From Fonticula alba ATCC 38817 (lineage: Eukaryota > Protista > Nucleariida), in the NCBI GenBank assembly GCA_000388065.2, contig KB932201.1: 10,621 nt of DNA. The stretch is one strand, 5' to 3'. The translations under genes and the position numbers were made by a program. Below the pieces are notes generated by a model that was not told the DNA's origin, searched no databases, and saw nothing but the letters and a program-made list of their open reading frames with translations. This document shows positions 10,541 to 10,621 of this stretch, in pieces (position 1 is the stretch's first letter; each line of letters opens with the position of its first letter).

Positions 10541-10621
10541 GTACGTCCCGGAATGCGCTTGTCGCTGGCCGGCGCCCCTCGCTCACACATCCCCCCCCCC
10601 CTCCCCCCCGTCCGTGCGCCC

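Overview
GC-rich, intron-containing eukaryotic genomic DNA, full of microsatellites and homopolymer runs, with a 16-N assembly gap. It has four complete spliced genes and the start of a fifth: (1) NMNAT on + (5 exons); (2) an Rtt109-like histone H3K56 acetyltransferase on - (4 exons), not visible as a single ORF; (3) an orphan single-pass membrane protein on + (2 exons), head-to-head with the Rtt109-like gene; (4) mitochondrial Hsp60/Cpn60 on - (3 exons) with a divergent apical domain; (5) exon 1 of a probable Vps26 at the right edge. All 11 inferred introns use the donor GTRCGY. The fungal-type NMNAT and Rtt109 together with this sequence style suggest a holomycotan such as the nucleariid amoeba Fonticula; this is inference, not verified. 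All homology calls come from motif recognition by eye, with no database search.
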